This document shows, in pieces, positions 51,431 to 64,000 of a stretch of 64,000 bases of DNA. Below the pieces are notes generated by a model that had not been told where the DNA came from, did not search any database, and saw only the letters and a program-made list of their open reading frames with translations. The position numbers were made by a program, and so were the translations under genes. Numbering within the stretch: the first letter of the stretch is position 1; each line of letters starts with the position of its first letter. This DNA comes from Octopus vulgaris. Taxonomy: Eukaryota. The DNA is taken from assembly GCA_951406725.2 (NCBI GenBank), contig OX597820.1, positions 22,010,001 to 22,074,000 of the forward strand, in the 5' to 3' direction.

Positions 51431-51473
51431 TTGAAGGATATTTCGACAGCTAGCCTGTCATTGTCGAGTTCAA
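51431..51473 (-). ncRNA. Variant hammerhead (UCGACAA core)
   Basis: uugaac UCGACAA u gacag gcuag cuguc GAAA ua UC cuucaa; perfect 5-bp stem II. Confidence 0.65.
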
Positions 51474-52478
51474 AATGAAACGATATACATAGAAATTCAA
51501 ATTCGAAATTTGAACGAGACAGCCAGTGCTCCCACGTTGATGGGATGACATCGGTCTTCAATTTTCTAGTTTACAACTGTGAAAAAGAAGAAAGAAAAAG
51601 AGAAAAAAAAAGACAAAAATGGAAAAAGAAGTACATTTAATCAAAGTTTTGTGGAAATATGATGAAATTCTCTTGTCATTTTATTCATTCTTCCAGGACG
51701 TGATGTTAACTCGCAAACATATTTTTTCTCATGCATTTTGAGCACTGAAAGTGTAGCAGATTCAGAATTTTTTCTGAGAATATGTACTTTCAAGTCTTTT
51801 TCAAAATTACTGCCGTTTGATGTAAAATGTTCGGCAAGTTTTGTCGAACTACTCTTATTGTGAGTGACGTCATATCTGTGCCCATTAAACCTTTTGTTTG
51901 ATTGTTCTGTTGTGCAACCAACATAAATCGAGAATACACACACATATGAATGAATGAATGTCATAGCGTGTGAATCAGCATAAACACACGTACGCAATCT
52001 CTGACATATACACATAGTCTTCATGCTCTCTCTCTATCTCTCTCCATGAAAAAAAAACGTCGACTTTTTGACGTACACACACACAAACACTGGCATAGAG
52101 AAAATTCTTTTTTTGTGAAGATTACTTATCGTTTCGTCATTTCAGATTTTATTCAATTTCATTCATTTGACGTTTGTAATCTCTTTGTTGCTTTGTATAA
52201 AAGCTTTTCGCTCACTCTGTGCTTTTGTCAGTGTGTGTGCGCGCGCGTAAGGAATTCCATTAAAGCGACGGAGTGATTTAAAAAGCGGTATGCAAAATAT
52301 CTATTTTAATAGCATACTTTTCTGTTAGTAAATGCTTTTTTCGTACACACGCGCGCAGACTCGTTTAAAGTGTGATGGAGCTAACGGTTTAAATAATCTT
52401 TTGCTGCTGTTTAAATCCCATCAGTCAGTCGACCGCCGCATCATCATTTCATAAAACGTGTTTCCGAGGAAAAAAATA

Positions 52479-52877
52479 TTCTTTTCTATTCTAGGCACAA
52501 GGCCCGAAATTTTTTGGCAGGGTCGGGCAGTCGATTAGATTGACTCCAGTACGCAACTGGTGCTTAATTTATCGACCCCGGAAGGATGGACGACAAAGTC
52601 GACCTTGGAGGAATTTGAACTCAGAACGTAAAGACAGACGAAATACCTATTTCTTTATTACCCACAAGGGGCTAAACATAGAGGGGACAAACAAGGACAG
52701 ACATAGGTATTAAGTCGATTACATCGACCCCAGTGCGTAACTGGTACTTAATTTATCGACCCCGGAAGGATGGACGACAAAGTCGACCTCGGCGGAATTT
52801 GAACTCAGAACGTAAAGACAGACAAAATACCGAAAGCATTTCGCCCGGTGTGCTAGCATCTCCACCAGCTCGCCGCC
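52479..52877 (-). mobile_element. SINE family B, dimeric
   Basis: tRNA-like head ggcggcgagctgg..., B box gagttcaaattcc twice, Tx1-like tail between units. Confidence 0.9.
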
Positions 52878-53921
52878 TTCAAATACATGTCAGTGACAAG
52901 GAAACGGGGACGGTACCGAGTGGTTGTGGGATGTGTTAGAAACAACAGCTTAATCTCCCTTAAATCACACACCTTTTCATCTGAAAACTATGTTGAAATT
53001 ATAAGCTAAAGCAAATTGCGCATTCGGACTAGCTGTATATTAAAACTAAATTTTAAAATATTTCGGAAAACGCCGAAACTTTTGGATTTATTGTAGGGGC
53101 AGGCGGGGTTAATCTTTTTTTTTTCTTTTTTTCCACTATTGTTTTTAACTTACGTTTCATTTTCTATCTGAAAATAAAAAATAAAGGAAGTGGGAATTGC
53201 AAATGGTCATCAACGAATTCCAAATATTTTTTTCTTTTTTTTTTTAATTTTAAGGTTTCTCCGTGAATTAAAAAATTCATGAATTAATTTTTTTTTTCTT
53301 CCTTTCATCGAAAGGCGTCTCCCTTGTTTTTAAGTGCGTAGTGCCAAAAAAAAAGATAATAAATAAAAGTGGACAAAATCGGTCCAGAAGGCGGGAAAGG
53401 GGCAATTCATAAGTTTTCAAAATTTGTTGTCATTGAAAAGCTTTGCTCCCATCATTTGCAAGAGTGGTGAAAAACAAATTTTAAAATCCCTGTCAACACG
53501 GAGAAAATCCCTCTTACATGGGTGTGCTATTCCGAAAGTCTGTTAAGGCATTCTGTTGTGAAAATTACCCGGCAACGACGGGATATTCATCTAGTATTTA
53601 CACAAAATTGTATGATTAAATATATTTCTATTGCCTTTACTTTTTTCTTTTCTTTCTTTTTCTTCTCTTTTCTCTTCGTATTGTTTATCATTATAATTAT
53701 TGTTGTTGTTGCAATATTTTATTAAACAGTATGAACATACGCAATATATATTTGTTGTTTCTTTCTTCATGTTAACACTCAAGCCTTATCAAGAGGCCTA
53801 GGAGAGACAGTGAGAATATGAGTTAGTCAAAGACAGAAAGATTATGGGAGCACTCGCATGTCTATTAATTTTCAACTTTTGCATTTGGTATGATAGTTTT
53901 GGAGGTGATTCAATAAGAGTA

Positions 53922-54433
53922 CCGTAAATCCTCGAGTATAGTCTGCCCTTGAGTATAATACGCAGGGGATTTTTAGGAGGGGTGTACCTTTGAAAATCCT
54001 AAACCTTGTGTATAATACGCACCCCTTCTCTAACTTGAGTCAAGGAGGTCTATATAACGTCCTTGGTTTGTAAAAATGTATACGGTAACGTACTTTATTA
54101 TTATTGCATATATAACATAATGCAAACGTGTAGCTTTTCTGTGCATTTTGTTTGCAGAAAATAAAGAAATAACAGTAATAACGTTTAATAAATGTTGCTT
54201 ACTGCAAGTTATGGATGATTCTTTTATGACTTCATTGCTTTCAGGCTTAGTTTAAGGTATTTTCGCGCCCGACATCACAAAATGTGTCTGAAAAAACAAT
54301 GCCGGCCAGCAAATAGAGACTCGGACATTGCTTAGAAAATATTTTTCATTTTTAACCTCGTATATAGTACGCACGAGGGATTTTGACCTTTAAATTTTGG
54401 GAAAAAATGCGGATTATACTCGACGATTTACAG
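53922..54433 (+). mobile_element. pogo/Tc1-type MITE
   Basis: TA|ccgtaaatcctcgagtata ... tatactcgacgatttacag|TA. Confidence 0.85.
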
Positions 54434-54703
54434 TACATTGGATATGTTAACACTAACTTCACTATTAATAAATGGTAGTTCGGTACATTTCTAGATTCTT
54501 TCCCTTCAAGCATGCTCATAAGTCACAACATTGACATAAATTAGTCTTAGGGGAATGGGTTTAAGTAGCTTATGTGAAACGAATAGCCCTCTAGTTTTCT
54601 GCCACTTCGACATGTTTCGTTCTTTGGTTACAAGATCTTTTTCTGCATTTCGGCATACCAATTCAGTATATCACTTTAATCTTTCATATTTCTTTTAAAC
54701 TTA

Positions 54704-55212
54704 CCGTAAACCTTCGAGTATAATCCGCATTTTTTCCAAAATTTAAAGGTCAAATCCTTAGTGCGTACTATATACGAGGTTAAAAATGAAAAATATTTTC
54801 CAAGCAATGTACGATTCTCTATTTGCTGTCCGGCAATGTTTATCCAAACGCATTTTGTGATGTCGGACGCGAAAATACCTTAAGCTAAGCCTGAAAGCAA
54901 TGAAGTCATAAAAGAATCATCCATAACTTGCAGTAAGTAACATTTATTAAACGTTATTACTGTTATTTCTTTATTTTTTACAAGCAAAGTGCACAGAAAA
55001 GTTACACGTTTGCATTATGTTATATGTATAATAATAATAAAGAACGTTACCGTACACATTTTTAAAAACCAAGGACGTTATATAGACCTCCTTGGTTCAA
55101 ATTAGAGAATGGGTTTGTATTATACACAAGGTTTAGGTTTTTCAGAGGTACAGCCCCCTAAAAATCTCCTGCGTATTATACTCAAGGGTTGACTATACTC
55201 GAGAATTTACGG
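54704..55212 (-). mobile_element. Same MITE family, inverted copy
   Basis: TA|ccgtaaaccttcgagtata ... tatactcgagaatttacgg|TA; interior is the reverse complement of 53922-54433. Confidence 0.85.
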
Positions 55213-55412
55213 TACTCATGAGCGTACTTCTACAGAAATCCAATATACTACACGAGTATTCAACTAGTGTATCACATCCTTCTCCTTTCTCTACAGTTTT
55301 CCTACAGTTTCAGTATAAAAGTTTCGGAGGTCGGAGTCGAAATGGAAGATTTCCTGATACTCTTAGTGCAGTATTCCTTCCTGATTATATCCAGCCGTAG
55401 TGCATTATTGGT

Positions 55413-55730
55413 GGAGTCGCAATGGCCCAGTGGTTAGGGCGGCGAACTCGCGGTCGGGAGATCGCGGTTTCGATTCCCAGACCGGGCCTTGTGTGTTTAT
55501 TGAGCGAAAACGCCTAAAGCTCCACGAGGCTCCGGCAGGGGGTGGTGGCGACCCCTGTTGTACTCTCTCGCCCCAACTTTCTCTCACTCTTTCTTCCTGT
55601 TTCTTGAGTAACGCTGCGATGGACTGGTGTCCCGTCCAGCTGGGGGGGGGGGGGAACACATACGCCAAAGAAACCGGGAAACCTGGCCCATTAGCCTGGC
55701 TAGGCTTGAAAAGGGCAAAAAAGAAAAAAA
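55413..55730 (+). mobile_element. tRNA-derived SINE (another family)
   Basis: A box tggcccagtggttagg, B box gtttcgattccc, A-rich tail. Confidence 0.75.
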
Positions 55731-56306
55731 GAATGTATTATTGACATCATCCTCTAATTTAATCTCCCACCGAACGTATTATGTATGTATCAGTAAGCAT
55801 CAGTAAAAATAATAAACTAAATGCATTTAAAAACACTATTTGACGAAGTGTGATATAGTATAACCCATCATACAGTATTTATGTCAAAACCATTGTTGTA
55901 GAATATTTACTGACCGTAATCAATAAAACATTTTCTAAAAGGCTATTAGTTCTACTAGCTACCAATAAAAACAATATTACGGTGAGTTACGGGTATTCGA
56001 AAGCACATGTAGTATCGTTAAAATCCCTTATACAAGATTATTACAATAAAACATAGGAAAGGCAGACATGAAATAGACGAAACAGCATTTTCCTCTTTAA
56101 GGGCAAATTTCTGGAGGAAAGCATTGCTTACAGGACTGATGGTTTCCCTCACAGCATTAACAAGCTACAATGAGCTTGCAGAATGCTCCATCAAGGATCG
56201 TTTGTCTCTGCATATATGCTGTTCCGTCTTTGCATGTAAAAAAATGCCATAGGAATTTCGAAACAAATTTAGAAATCGTGCGACAGCGGACAGAGTGGCA
56301 ACATAT

Positions 56307-56656
56307 ACTCTTTACTCTTTTACTTGTTTCAGTCATTGGACTTATTCTTTGTAAGCCTAGTACTTATTCTATCGGTCGCTTTTGCCGAACCGCTAAGTTA
56401 CGGGGACGTAAACACACCAGCGTCGGTTGTCAAGCGATGTTGGGGGGATAAATACAGACACACAAACATACGCACACATACATATATATATATATATATA
56501 TACGATGAGCTTCTTTCAGTTTCCGTCTACGAAATCCACTCACAAGGCTTTGGTCGGCCCGAGGCTATAGTAGAAGATAGGTGCCACGCAGTGGGACTGA
56601 ACCCGGAACTGTGTGATTCGTAAGCAACCTACTTACCACACAGCCACTCCTACGCC
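56307..56656 (-). mobile_element. SINE family A with internal deletions
   Basis: Reverse complement of the 46142 copy. Confidence 0.85.
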
Positions 56657-57651
56657 TGATGTTTAAAAAATTCATATTTTTATAATGAGATATTATTAGG
56701 ATTTGCATAAAGGAAACTCAATATTTTCTGCAATGTAAAAGTACAACTTTAATGCAGATAAATTTTAACAACAAACTTTTATATGGAATCCGGTTGAGAA
56801 CGATTTAATTAAACCATTCAAAGTGGTGCCCCAGCATGGCCTCAGTCCATTGATTGAAACAAGCAAGAGATAGTTAACTTTAAACACCTCATTTGTATTC
56901 CAGTAATGAAACTCAACAAACTCCATTCCCTTGTGAACCTTTGGTTATTTCGATTTTGTCTTTCCCCCACCTTTCTAATAATTGTTCAACGCCCACGGTC
57001 AATTCACGCCTCAATGAACTTTCCGGTTTGTCACAAAAAAAAAAGAAAAAAGGAAAAAAAAAAGCTGCTTTAAAGGGATACTTTCCTTGTTGGCAACGCT
57101 GAAAAATTTACAAGCCATCTTTTCTCATACGAAAGATCACCCACATCGTCATCACCGCCACTACAACAACAACAACTACTACTACTACTACTACTACTAC
57201 GAGCTACTACTACTACACAACTACTACTACTGCCGCCGCTGCTGCTGCTGGATTCCAGAACCCCTCCTATCTCGACGTTACGCTCGCTTTCGTCTCGCAC
57301 CGTTGGCATGGAACGTCAACCCTCTCTCCCCTCTCAATTCTCTTGCCCTCTAAACTCGGTTGGGATGTGAAAATTTTCTGTTGTAGCCTTACAAATGCTG
57401 TTCATTCAGATTTATAACAAAGGCGATAGTAAATTATCAGTTGAACATTGACCGCAGCATGGTTTTCAGATACGTGTTGTGTTTTAGAACCGTCAAAAAT
57501 CACGCCCAACCTCTTGTTTTAAGGTTTGCTACGGAGGCCTCAACTGTAAATATTTTTGATCCTTTATTTGTTTCAGTCATGGGATTGCAGCCATATCAGG
57601 GCACTACCTTGGAGAGATTAGTCAAACAAATCGCCCCACCACACACACACA

Positions 57652-57699
<48 letters not shown>

Positions 57700-57893
57700 C
57701 ACACACGCACACACACTTTTTTAAAGCCAGGTACTTCTCTCAATCTCAATTTGTGGAACCACTATATAATGGGTACGAAAACAATCCAAGATCGCGCACA
57801 TACACACACATACACACACACACACATACACACACACACATACATACATACATACATACATACATACATACATACATACATTTTCTACATACC

Positions 57894-57924
<31 letters not shown>

Positions 57925-57925
<1 letters not shown>

Positions 57926-57988
57926 GGCACAGGCGTAGCTGTGTGGCAAGAAGTTTGCTTCCCAACGATATAGTTCTAGGTTCAATAC

Positions 57989-58024
<36 letters not shown>

Positions 58025-58215
58025 TCTTTTATTCTTTTATTTGTTTCAGTCACTTGACTGTGGTCATGCTGGGGCACCGCCTTTAGGCTAGCAAATCGAC
58101 CGCAGAACTTATTCTTTGTAAGCCTAGTGCTTATTCTATCAGTCACTCTTGCCGAGCTGCTAAGTTACGGGGACGTAAACACACCAGCGTCGGTTGTCAA
58201 GTGATGTTGAGGGCA
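57925..58215. mobile_element. SINE family A fragments (plus-strand head, minus-strand tail)
   Basis: 57925-57985 head; 58024-58215 3' half. Confidence 0.7.
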
Positions 58216-60535
58216 AGGTGGTGGGGCAATTGTAATGATAAACTCGGCCGACAGGCGGGCTCGTCCCCCACGTGACAGCAGCCATTCGGCATAAGCCCAC
58301 AGGTCCGGAATTGTTGGACACTGCACGGAATGGTTGGACACTGCGACAGTTTCGTCGCTCAGACCGCATCTCGGGCAAGATGGTCCGGTGAGTCTCGAAC
58401 CGTGCCTGTAGAGCTTATCCCGAACAGGTAATGCTTCTCGATAGCACTACCAGGCTAGGGATCTCTGGTGATTGTCCATAGGTTCCGACCCGAAAGTTGT
58501 CCTGAACAGGCGGGTCAAGTGTTCCTCGTTGACGCCCAGATTCTGCCCGAGAACGTCGTCGCACCTCCCCTCCACTAATCCTCTATAGAACGCCTTTGTT
58601 GTAATGAAGTCGCACAAGTTTAGTTCTGGGCGATAGAGTTGCTTGAGAGCAACGCCGCACTCGCGGTGCCATTCGCCTAGCCTCGGTCTCTGTTTGATCC
58701 ACGACTGCAGTTCGGCCAAGGAGACGAGCACAAACGGCGACCACACCTGTTCACTGTCGTCTATGAAGCGCCGGAGATATCGCAGTCTCAGCGCATGTCT
58801 GCGCATCATCAACCACGGCATACCTAGCCCCCCATTTAGAGGGTGTTGACAGCAAATGAATCGCCTAACCTTCGGAACGCTTCCCTTCTACAAGAAGCAG
58901 AACAGTATACGTTCCAGTTTGGTGATGGTAGGGTCAGGACAAGGCACGACGGTCAGACGGTAATCGATGACGGATGCGATGTACGCGTTCGCCACCTCGC
59001 CCGACCTTTTAGAAATAGCTTCCTCTCGGCTCATTGCTAGGTGAGAGTGGCCACCCTAGTTATTATTTCGCCCCAGCTCTTCTCCATTTGGAGGTCCGGA
59101 CCGAAGCAGACTCCGAGCAATTTAACCGGTCCGTCGGTCCAGCGTCCCACGATGGAGGCACTGGTGAACGGCATTGGCTTGTTTCTCCAGGTGCCGAGCC
59201 GCAAGCCCACTGACTTTTCCCAGTTAATTTTTGTTCCCATTACCGCTTCGTATTCTTTTAGTGTCTCGCCGACCAGGTCGATGTGCTTGTGGCTCGACAC
59301 TATGATGGTGACTTCGTCCGCGTAAGCAGACACACTCTTTCCCCCCATCTCAGTTCTTGTGGGATGCCCTTCAGCATCGGCAGTTTCCGCAGTAGTGGCT
59401 CAAGAGTCAATACATACAGAAGCGACGAGAGGGGGCATCCTTGACGAACCGAACGCATGATGTTAAATGGACTGGATAGATGACTATTTACGCGAACTAC
59501 CGAGCGGATGCCGCTGTATAAGGCAGCGATCCAACTGCGGAAGATGGGACCGAAACCAGCCGCTCTAAGGACAGCCTCCAAGTAATGTTGATCAACCCTA
59601 TCGAAAGCTTTTGATTGATCCAAATGGATCAGTGCCCCACCCATGCCTGGTTCCTTAACCACCCTATGATGTAGCGCATCAGATGGAGGTTGTCATGAAT
59701 ACTTCTACCCGGCACGGCGCCCGTTTGCGCTTTGTCGACTAGTTTCTCGATGATAAGCGCCAACCTCTCGGCTAACACCTTGGCCAAAATTTTCAAATCT
59801 GCGTTGAGCAGAGTGATGGGTCTGAAGTTATCTATAATGTTCCCCTTGTTTGGATCTTTCTTTAGCAGTGCCACCGCTCCTCGCTTTACAAAGACAGGGA
59901 TACTCCCGTTTTGCTGCCAGTTGCAGTAGACAGCTGCCAAGACGCCTCCAAACAAGTTTGGCATATGACAATAAAGTTCGTAGGGCAGACCATGCAGACC
60001 ACGCAGCCTGCCATCGCATTCCGTACGTCCGTGGCTGTGATGGGTCTTTCACAACACTGCGCCTCTCTTGCTGAGAGTCGTGGTAGGCCATGCAGGTAGG
60101 CACTAAAAGTCACCCTGCATTCTGACCCATCAGTTGTCCCGAACAGTCGGGCAAAGTGTTGTTGAAAGGCCTCACACATCCTTTCAGGCTAGAGTACTTC
60201 ACGTCCCTGTTCATCTGTCAGGGACCTAATGGTGGCTCTGTTGCCTCGTTGCGCCTCCACCACTCGGGCCTCTCGGGCGGCTCCAACTACTTCGTTCCTC
60301 AGAGCACGTATCCTAGCTCTGACAACGCATCCTTCGTGTTTGGCATTGAAGTGTTGGTCGAGAGCCAACCTCGCCGCCTGTACGTTGGACGCGATGCCAG
60401 TTCTCAATGCCTCTTCTAATTTCTTAACTAGGTCTCCCTCTATTCTATTTCGGTCTAATGCTAGGACCTTACTGTACCTAACCGATACTACTTTAACCGC
60501 TTTCTTAAGGGCATATCACCATCTGTTGTTGACGA
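58215..60535 (-). pseudogene. Tx1-clade LINE ORF2 (RT) remnant
   Basis: KKDPNKG..NFRPITLLNADLKILAKVLA, LDQSKAFDRV, SVRQGCPLS, SAYADE, KLLGV; frameshifts and stops. Confidence 0.9.
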
Positions 60536-60742
60536 TGGAATTTGAACTCAGAACATAAAATGATAGTAACAATAATTTTTTTGGAGATACTTAACATGGA
60601 ATAACATGGTATGGGAAGTTGCGATGTTTAAAAATAAATGCTTGAATAGCAGACATACTTGTCTTTCCTAAGGTTCTTCAAGCAGAACAACTAGAGCATT
60701 TTCTAATTCATACCTAGTCTGACGAATAAGTAGTGTTAATCG

Positions 60743-60795
<53 letters not shown>

Positions 60796-61009
60796 CATCT
60801 ATCTATCTATTTTCCTCTCTGGTCAATCTCTCATCAACTTTTTCAAGTACCACTTGAAAAGAAAGGTGTGAGTAGAGAGGCAAGTTTTGTCTAGCGAATG
60901 TTTCAGAAAAAGATGGGTAAATGTAGCAAGGACGGCACGTATGAATGACGATGCCACCTTGAGTATGATCCTATGAACCGTAAAAATTTAAAACAGGGAG
61001 TTACTTATT

Positions 61010-61278
61010 TGTAAATAAATATGTTAATATGTGACGTAATTGCCCGAGGTTACTGTGGTGTTTTCGTAGGTTTTTCTTTCCACAGATAAACCTCCCCATT
61101 TCTTGGGAACTTTTTGTACTATTTCGACATTTTTGCATACATTCCCAACGATTTCGATCCCTTTTGGTCGTAGTCCTTATTTTTGTTCTTTACTTTGTTT
61201 TCGCTCCCCTCGAAAAGAAAAACTCTACATTGTAATTGTCCCTTCTGTGTCTAGCCCTGTGTGGCCAATAAAGAAATT
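61010..61278 (+). mobile_element. Tx1-like 3' UTR fragment
   Basis: Ends ttgtcccttctgtgtctagccctgtgtggccaataaagaaat, matching the tail at 19672-19715. Confidence 0.55.
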
Positions 61279-61539
61279 TATCTACATGGGTGCATGTATA
61301 TATGCATACATGCAGGTATGTATGTATGTTTGTATGTTTGTATGTATGTATGTATGTATGTATGTATGTATGTATGTATGTATGTATGTATGTGCAGATT
61401 TGTATGTTCTATGTGTGCATTCTATAGTTGCATATCTACACATGCTCATATATATTTAAATGATAAACTTCTGGAAAGTTTTACAGATTTTTAAAGTTTT
61501 TACAGTTCTAGTGATGGATTGGATCTGTAGTCTTCGAAT

Positions 61540-61802
61540 TGGCTTTTTCCTTTCTGATTTTAGGAAGCCTAATTTCTTACGATTGGTACTTAGGCAGTGT
61601 GTTACGTATTCCGGGCCCCAATAATTACAAATATAAACCTGAACTTTTAATCTGGATAGAATAACTGCAGATTTCTCAATAGTCCAGCATAGGTGTTCCC
61701 TCTTACACTGATCTCCAGCTTTATGTTAACATCCGCTGGGCAGTTAATTCCCACAACTGTGCACAGTTTCTCTTCTCTATCCAAAATAATTATATCAGGT
61801 CT
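61540..61802 (-). mobile_element. R4/Dong-like RLE domain fragment
   Basis: RPDIIILDREEKLCTVVGINCPADVNI..EI (RPD...D..P restriction-like endonuclease). Confidence 0.65.
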
Positions 61803-61804
61803 TA

Positions 61805-62024
61805 ATATTGGTTTCAAATTATGGCACAAGGCCAGCAATTTTGGCAGAGCGGGGTAAGTCGATTACGTTAACCTCATCGTTCAACTGATACTTATTTTAT
61901 CGATCCTCCGAAAGGATGAATGCTAACACCAACCTCGGCGAAATTTGAACTCAGAACATAAAGCCGGATGAAATATCACTAAGCATTTTGTCCGGCGTGC
62001 TAATTATTTTACCAGCTGGCTGCC
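61805..62024 (-). mobile_element. SINE family B monomer (older)
   Basis: Head, B box and terminal ggccttgtgcc tail. Confidence 0.8.
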
Positions 62025-62044
62025 TTGAAAGCGGTTTTAATATT

Positions 62045-62624
62045 TTTTTCTACTCTAGGCACAAGGCCCGACATTTTTGGGGAGAAGACCAGTCGGTTAG
62101 ATCGACCGCAGTACGCAACTGTTACTTAATTTTTCGACTCTGAAAGGATAAAAGGCAAAGTCGACCTCGGCGGAATTTGAACTCAGATCATAAAGAGAGA
62201 CGAAATACCTATTTCTCTACTACCCACAAGGGGCTAAACACAGAGAGGGCAAACAAGGACAGCCAAACGGATTGAGTCGATTATATCGACCGCAGTACGC
62301 AACTGTTACTTAATTTATCGACTCTGAAAGGATGAAAGGCAAAGTCGACCTCGGCGGAATTTGAACTCAGAACATAAAGAGAGACGAAATACCTATTTCT
62401 TTACTACCCACAAGGGGCTAAACACAGAGAGGACAAACAAGGACAGACAAACGGATTGAGTCGATTATATCGACTCCAGTGCATAACTGGTACTTAATTT
62501 ATCGACCCCAAAAGGATAAAAGGCAAAGTCGGCCTCGGCGGAATTTGAACTCAGAACATAGCGGCAGACGAAATACGGAGACGCATTTCGCCCGGCGTGC
62601 TAACGTTTCTGCCAGCTCACCGCC
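62045..62624 (-). mobile_element. SINE family B, trimeric
   Basis: Three B-box/core units, 184-bp period; TSD-like aaag(c/g)ggttttaatatt at 62028-62044 and 62627-62643. Confidence 0.9.
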
Positions 62625-62850
62625 TTAAAGGGGTTTTAATATTGAAATATTAAAATACAAGGTGAAAGTACTTTCCATCGATCTGTAATTTTTCTTATAA
62701 CTTGCTTAGTTTTGCCTTTATAAAAACAAAAATGATTAACACATTTATATACATCTGAGAAAGCTTCACACAAATTATGCTAATATATGTGTACACACGC
62801 GCACGCGAGGGAGAAAGCGCACACACAAACACACACACACTCACACACAT

Positions 62851-63271
62851 ACTCTTTACTCTTTTACTCTTTTACTCTTTTACTTGTTTCAGTCATTTTG
62901 ACTGCGGCCATGCTGGAGCACCGCCTTTAGTCGAGCAAATCGACCCCGGGACTTATTCTTTGTAAGTCCAGTGCTTATTCTATCGGTCTCTTTTGCCGAA
63001 CCGCTAAGTGACGGGGACGTAAACACACCAGCATCGGTTGTCAAGCAATGCTAGGGGGACAAACACAGACACACACACACACATATACATATATATATAT
63101 ATATATATATACGACAGGCTTCTTTCAGTTTCCGTCTACCAAATCCACTCACAAGGCATTGGTCGGCCCGGGGCTATAGCAGAAGACACTTGCCCAAGAT
63201 GCCACGCAGTGGGACTGAACCCGGAACCATGTGGTTGGTTAGCAAGCTACTTACCACACAGCCACTCCTGC
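62851..63271 (-). mobile_element. Near full-length SINE family A
   Basis: Reverse complement of the 35962 and 46142 copies. Confidence 0.9.
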
Positions 63272-63584
63272 TGAAATAATTTTTAATAAAGCATGTTACT
63301 TTAGTTGTCTTACTACCCAGCCTTGCCCGGTAAAGTATTCACGGAATTGTTTGCCAGTTTGTAGAATGGGAATTCCCGGTGCGTATGCATGTTTACATAT
63401 TTAACCTAACTTCAGGACTTATTTAATTGGAACTACCCAAACAATAGCAATCAACTTATATGAGTAGAAGCATTTTATTTTTAACAATTTTTATTCTGAA
63501 AATCACCTGTTACTTTCGTTTTAATGTGAGAGGAGGAAGTGAAATATGTATGAACGTGTATATGAAATGGGCGTGTGTGTGTCT

Positions 63585-63628
<44 letters not shown>

Positions 63629-64000
63629 CACTTACACGTACATGAGAACACACACGTTCACACACTCTCTCTCTCACACACGCATGTGCACGTACATACA
63701 AAAAAGATGTACACATATGTACGGATGTATGTACGTATACTTGACAACACACGTCTTCACTCACGCTGTCTCTCTTTTTCTCCCTCTTTTCCTCTCTCTC
63801 TCTCTCTCTCTTTCACACACACACGTCCATTTCATACACACGTACACACATCTTTCACTTTCTTCTCTCTTTCATTTTAAAACAAAAGTAAATAACTAAA
63901 AAATTTTTTACGGAAATTAATGAAATCACATTCAGCTAAAAATATTTCTAAATGATTAAAATATTGTGTACGTCAAAAAGTCAACGGTTTTTTTTTTACT

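Larger units (their letters stand above)
49780..51930 (-). mobile_element. PLE remnant with direct pLTR-like repeats
   Basis: 49780-50310 is directly repeated at 51430-51930 (GIY-YIG end YVGCTTEQ...HF plus HHR); between them WIRFIDDIFF and VEFLDT RT motifs. Confidence 0.8.

Overview
Eukaryotic, AT-rich DNA saturated with microsatellites and transposons. The SINE families look like octopus/cephalopod ones (recognition, not a database result). No complete host gene is supported, and most ORFs in the supplied track are microsatellite or antisense artefacts. The window is a mosaic of decayed retroelements, almost all on the minus strand over the first 35 kb: Penelope-like elements (PLEs; Naiad-type GLYRDD RT and Poseidon/Neptune-type), CRE-, Tx1-, R4/Dong- and CR1-like LINE pieces. 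It also carries several tRNA-SINE families, mariner/pogo-type DNA elements and a 100-N gap. The most striking signal is non-coding: about 14 canonical minimal type I hammerhead ribozymes (HHRs), folded by eye. They include tandem arrays of 4-5 HHRs next to (TA)n tracts (retrozyme-like Naiad derivatives). There are also recurrent non-canonical cores: CCGANGA in five places, a compensated UCGACAA core in both copies of one pLTR, and CUAA-type folds in the youngest PLE. Other oddities are a PLE with an open RT-GIY-YIG frame and inverted pLTR, an 820-bp spacer-less palindrome, an inverted MITE pair, SINE multimers carrying a Tx1-like tail, and a candidate exon with a RAG1-CND/Chapaev/ZAD-like Cys motif. 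All RNA folds and family assignments were made by eye and need computational and experimental confirmation.
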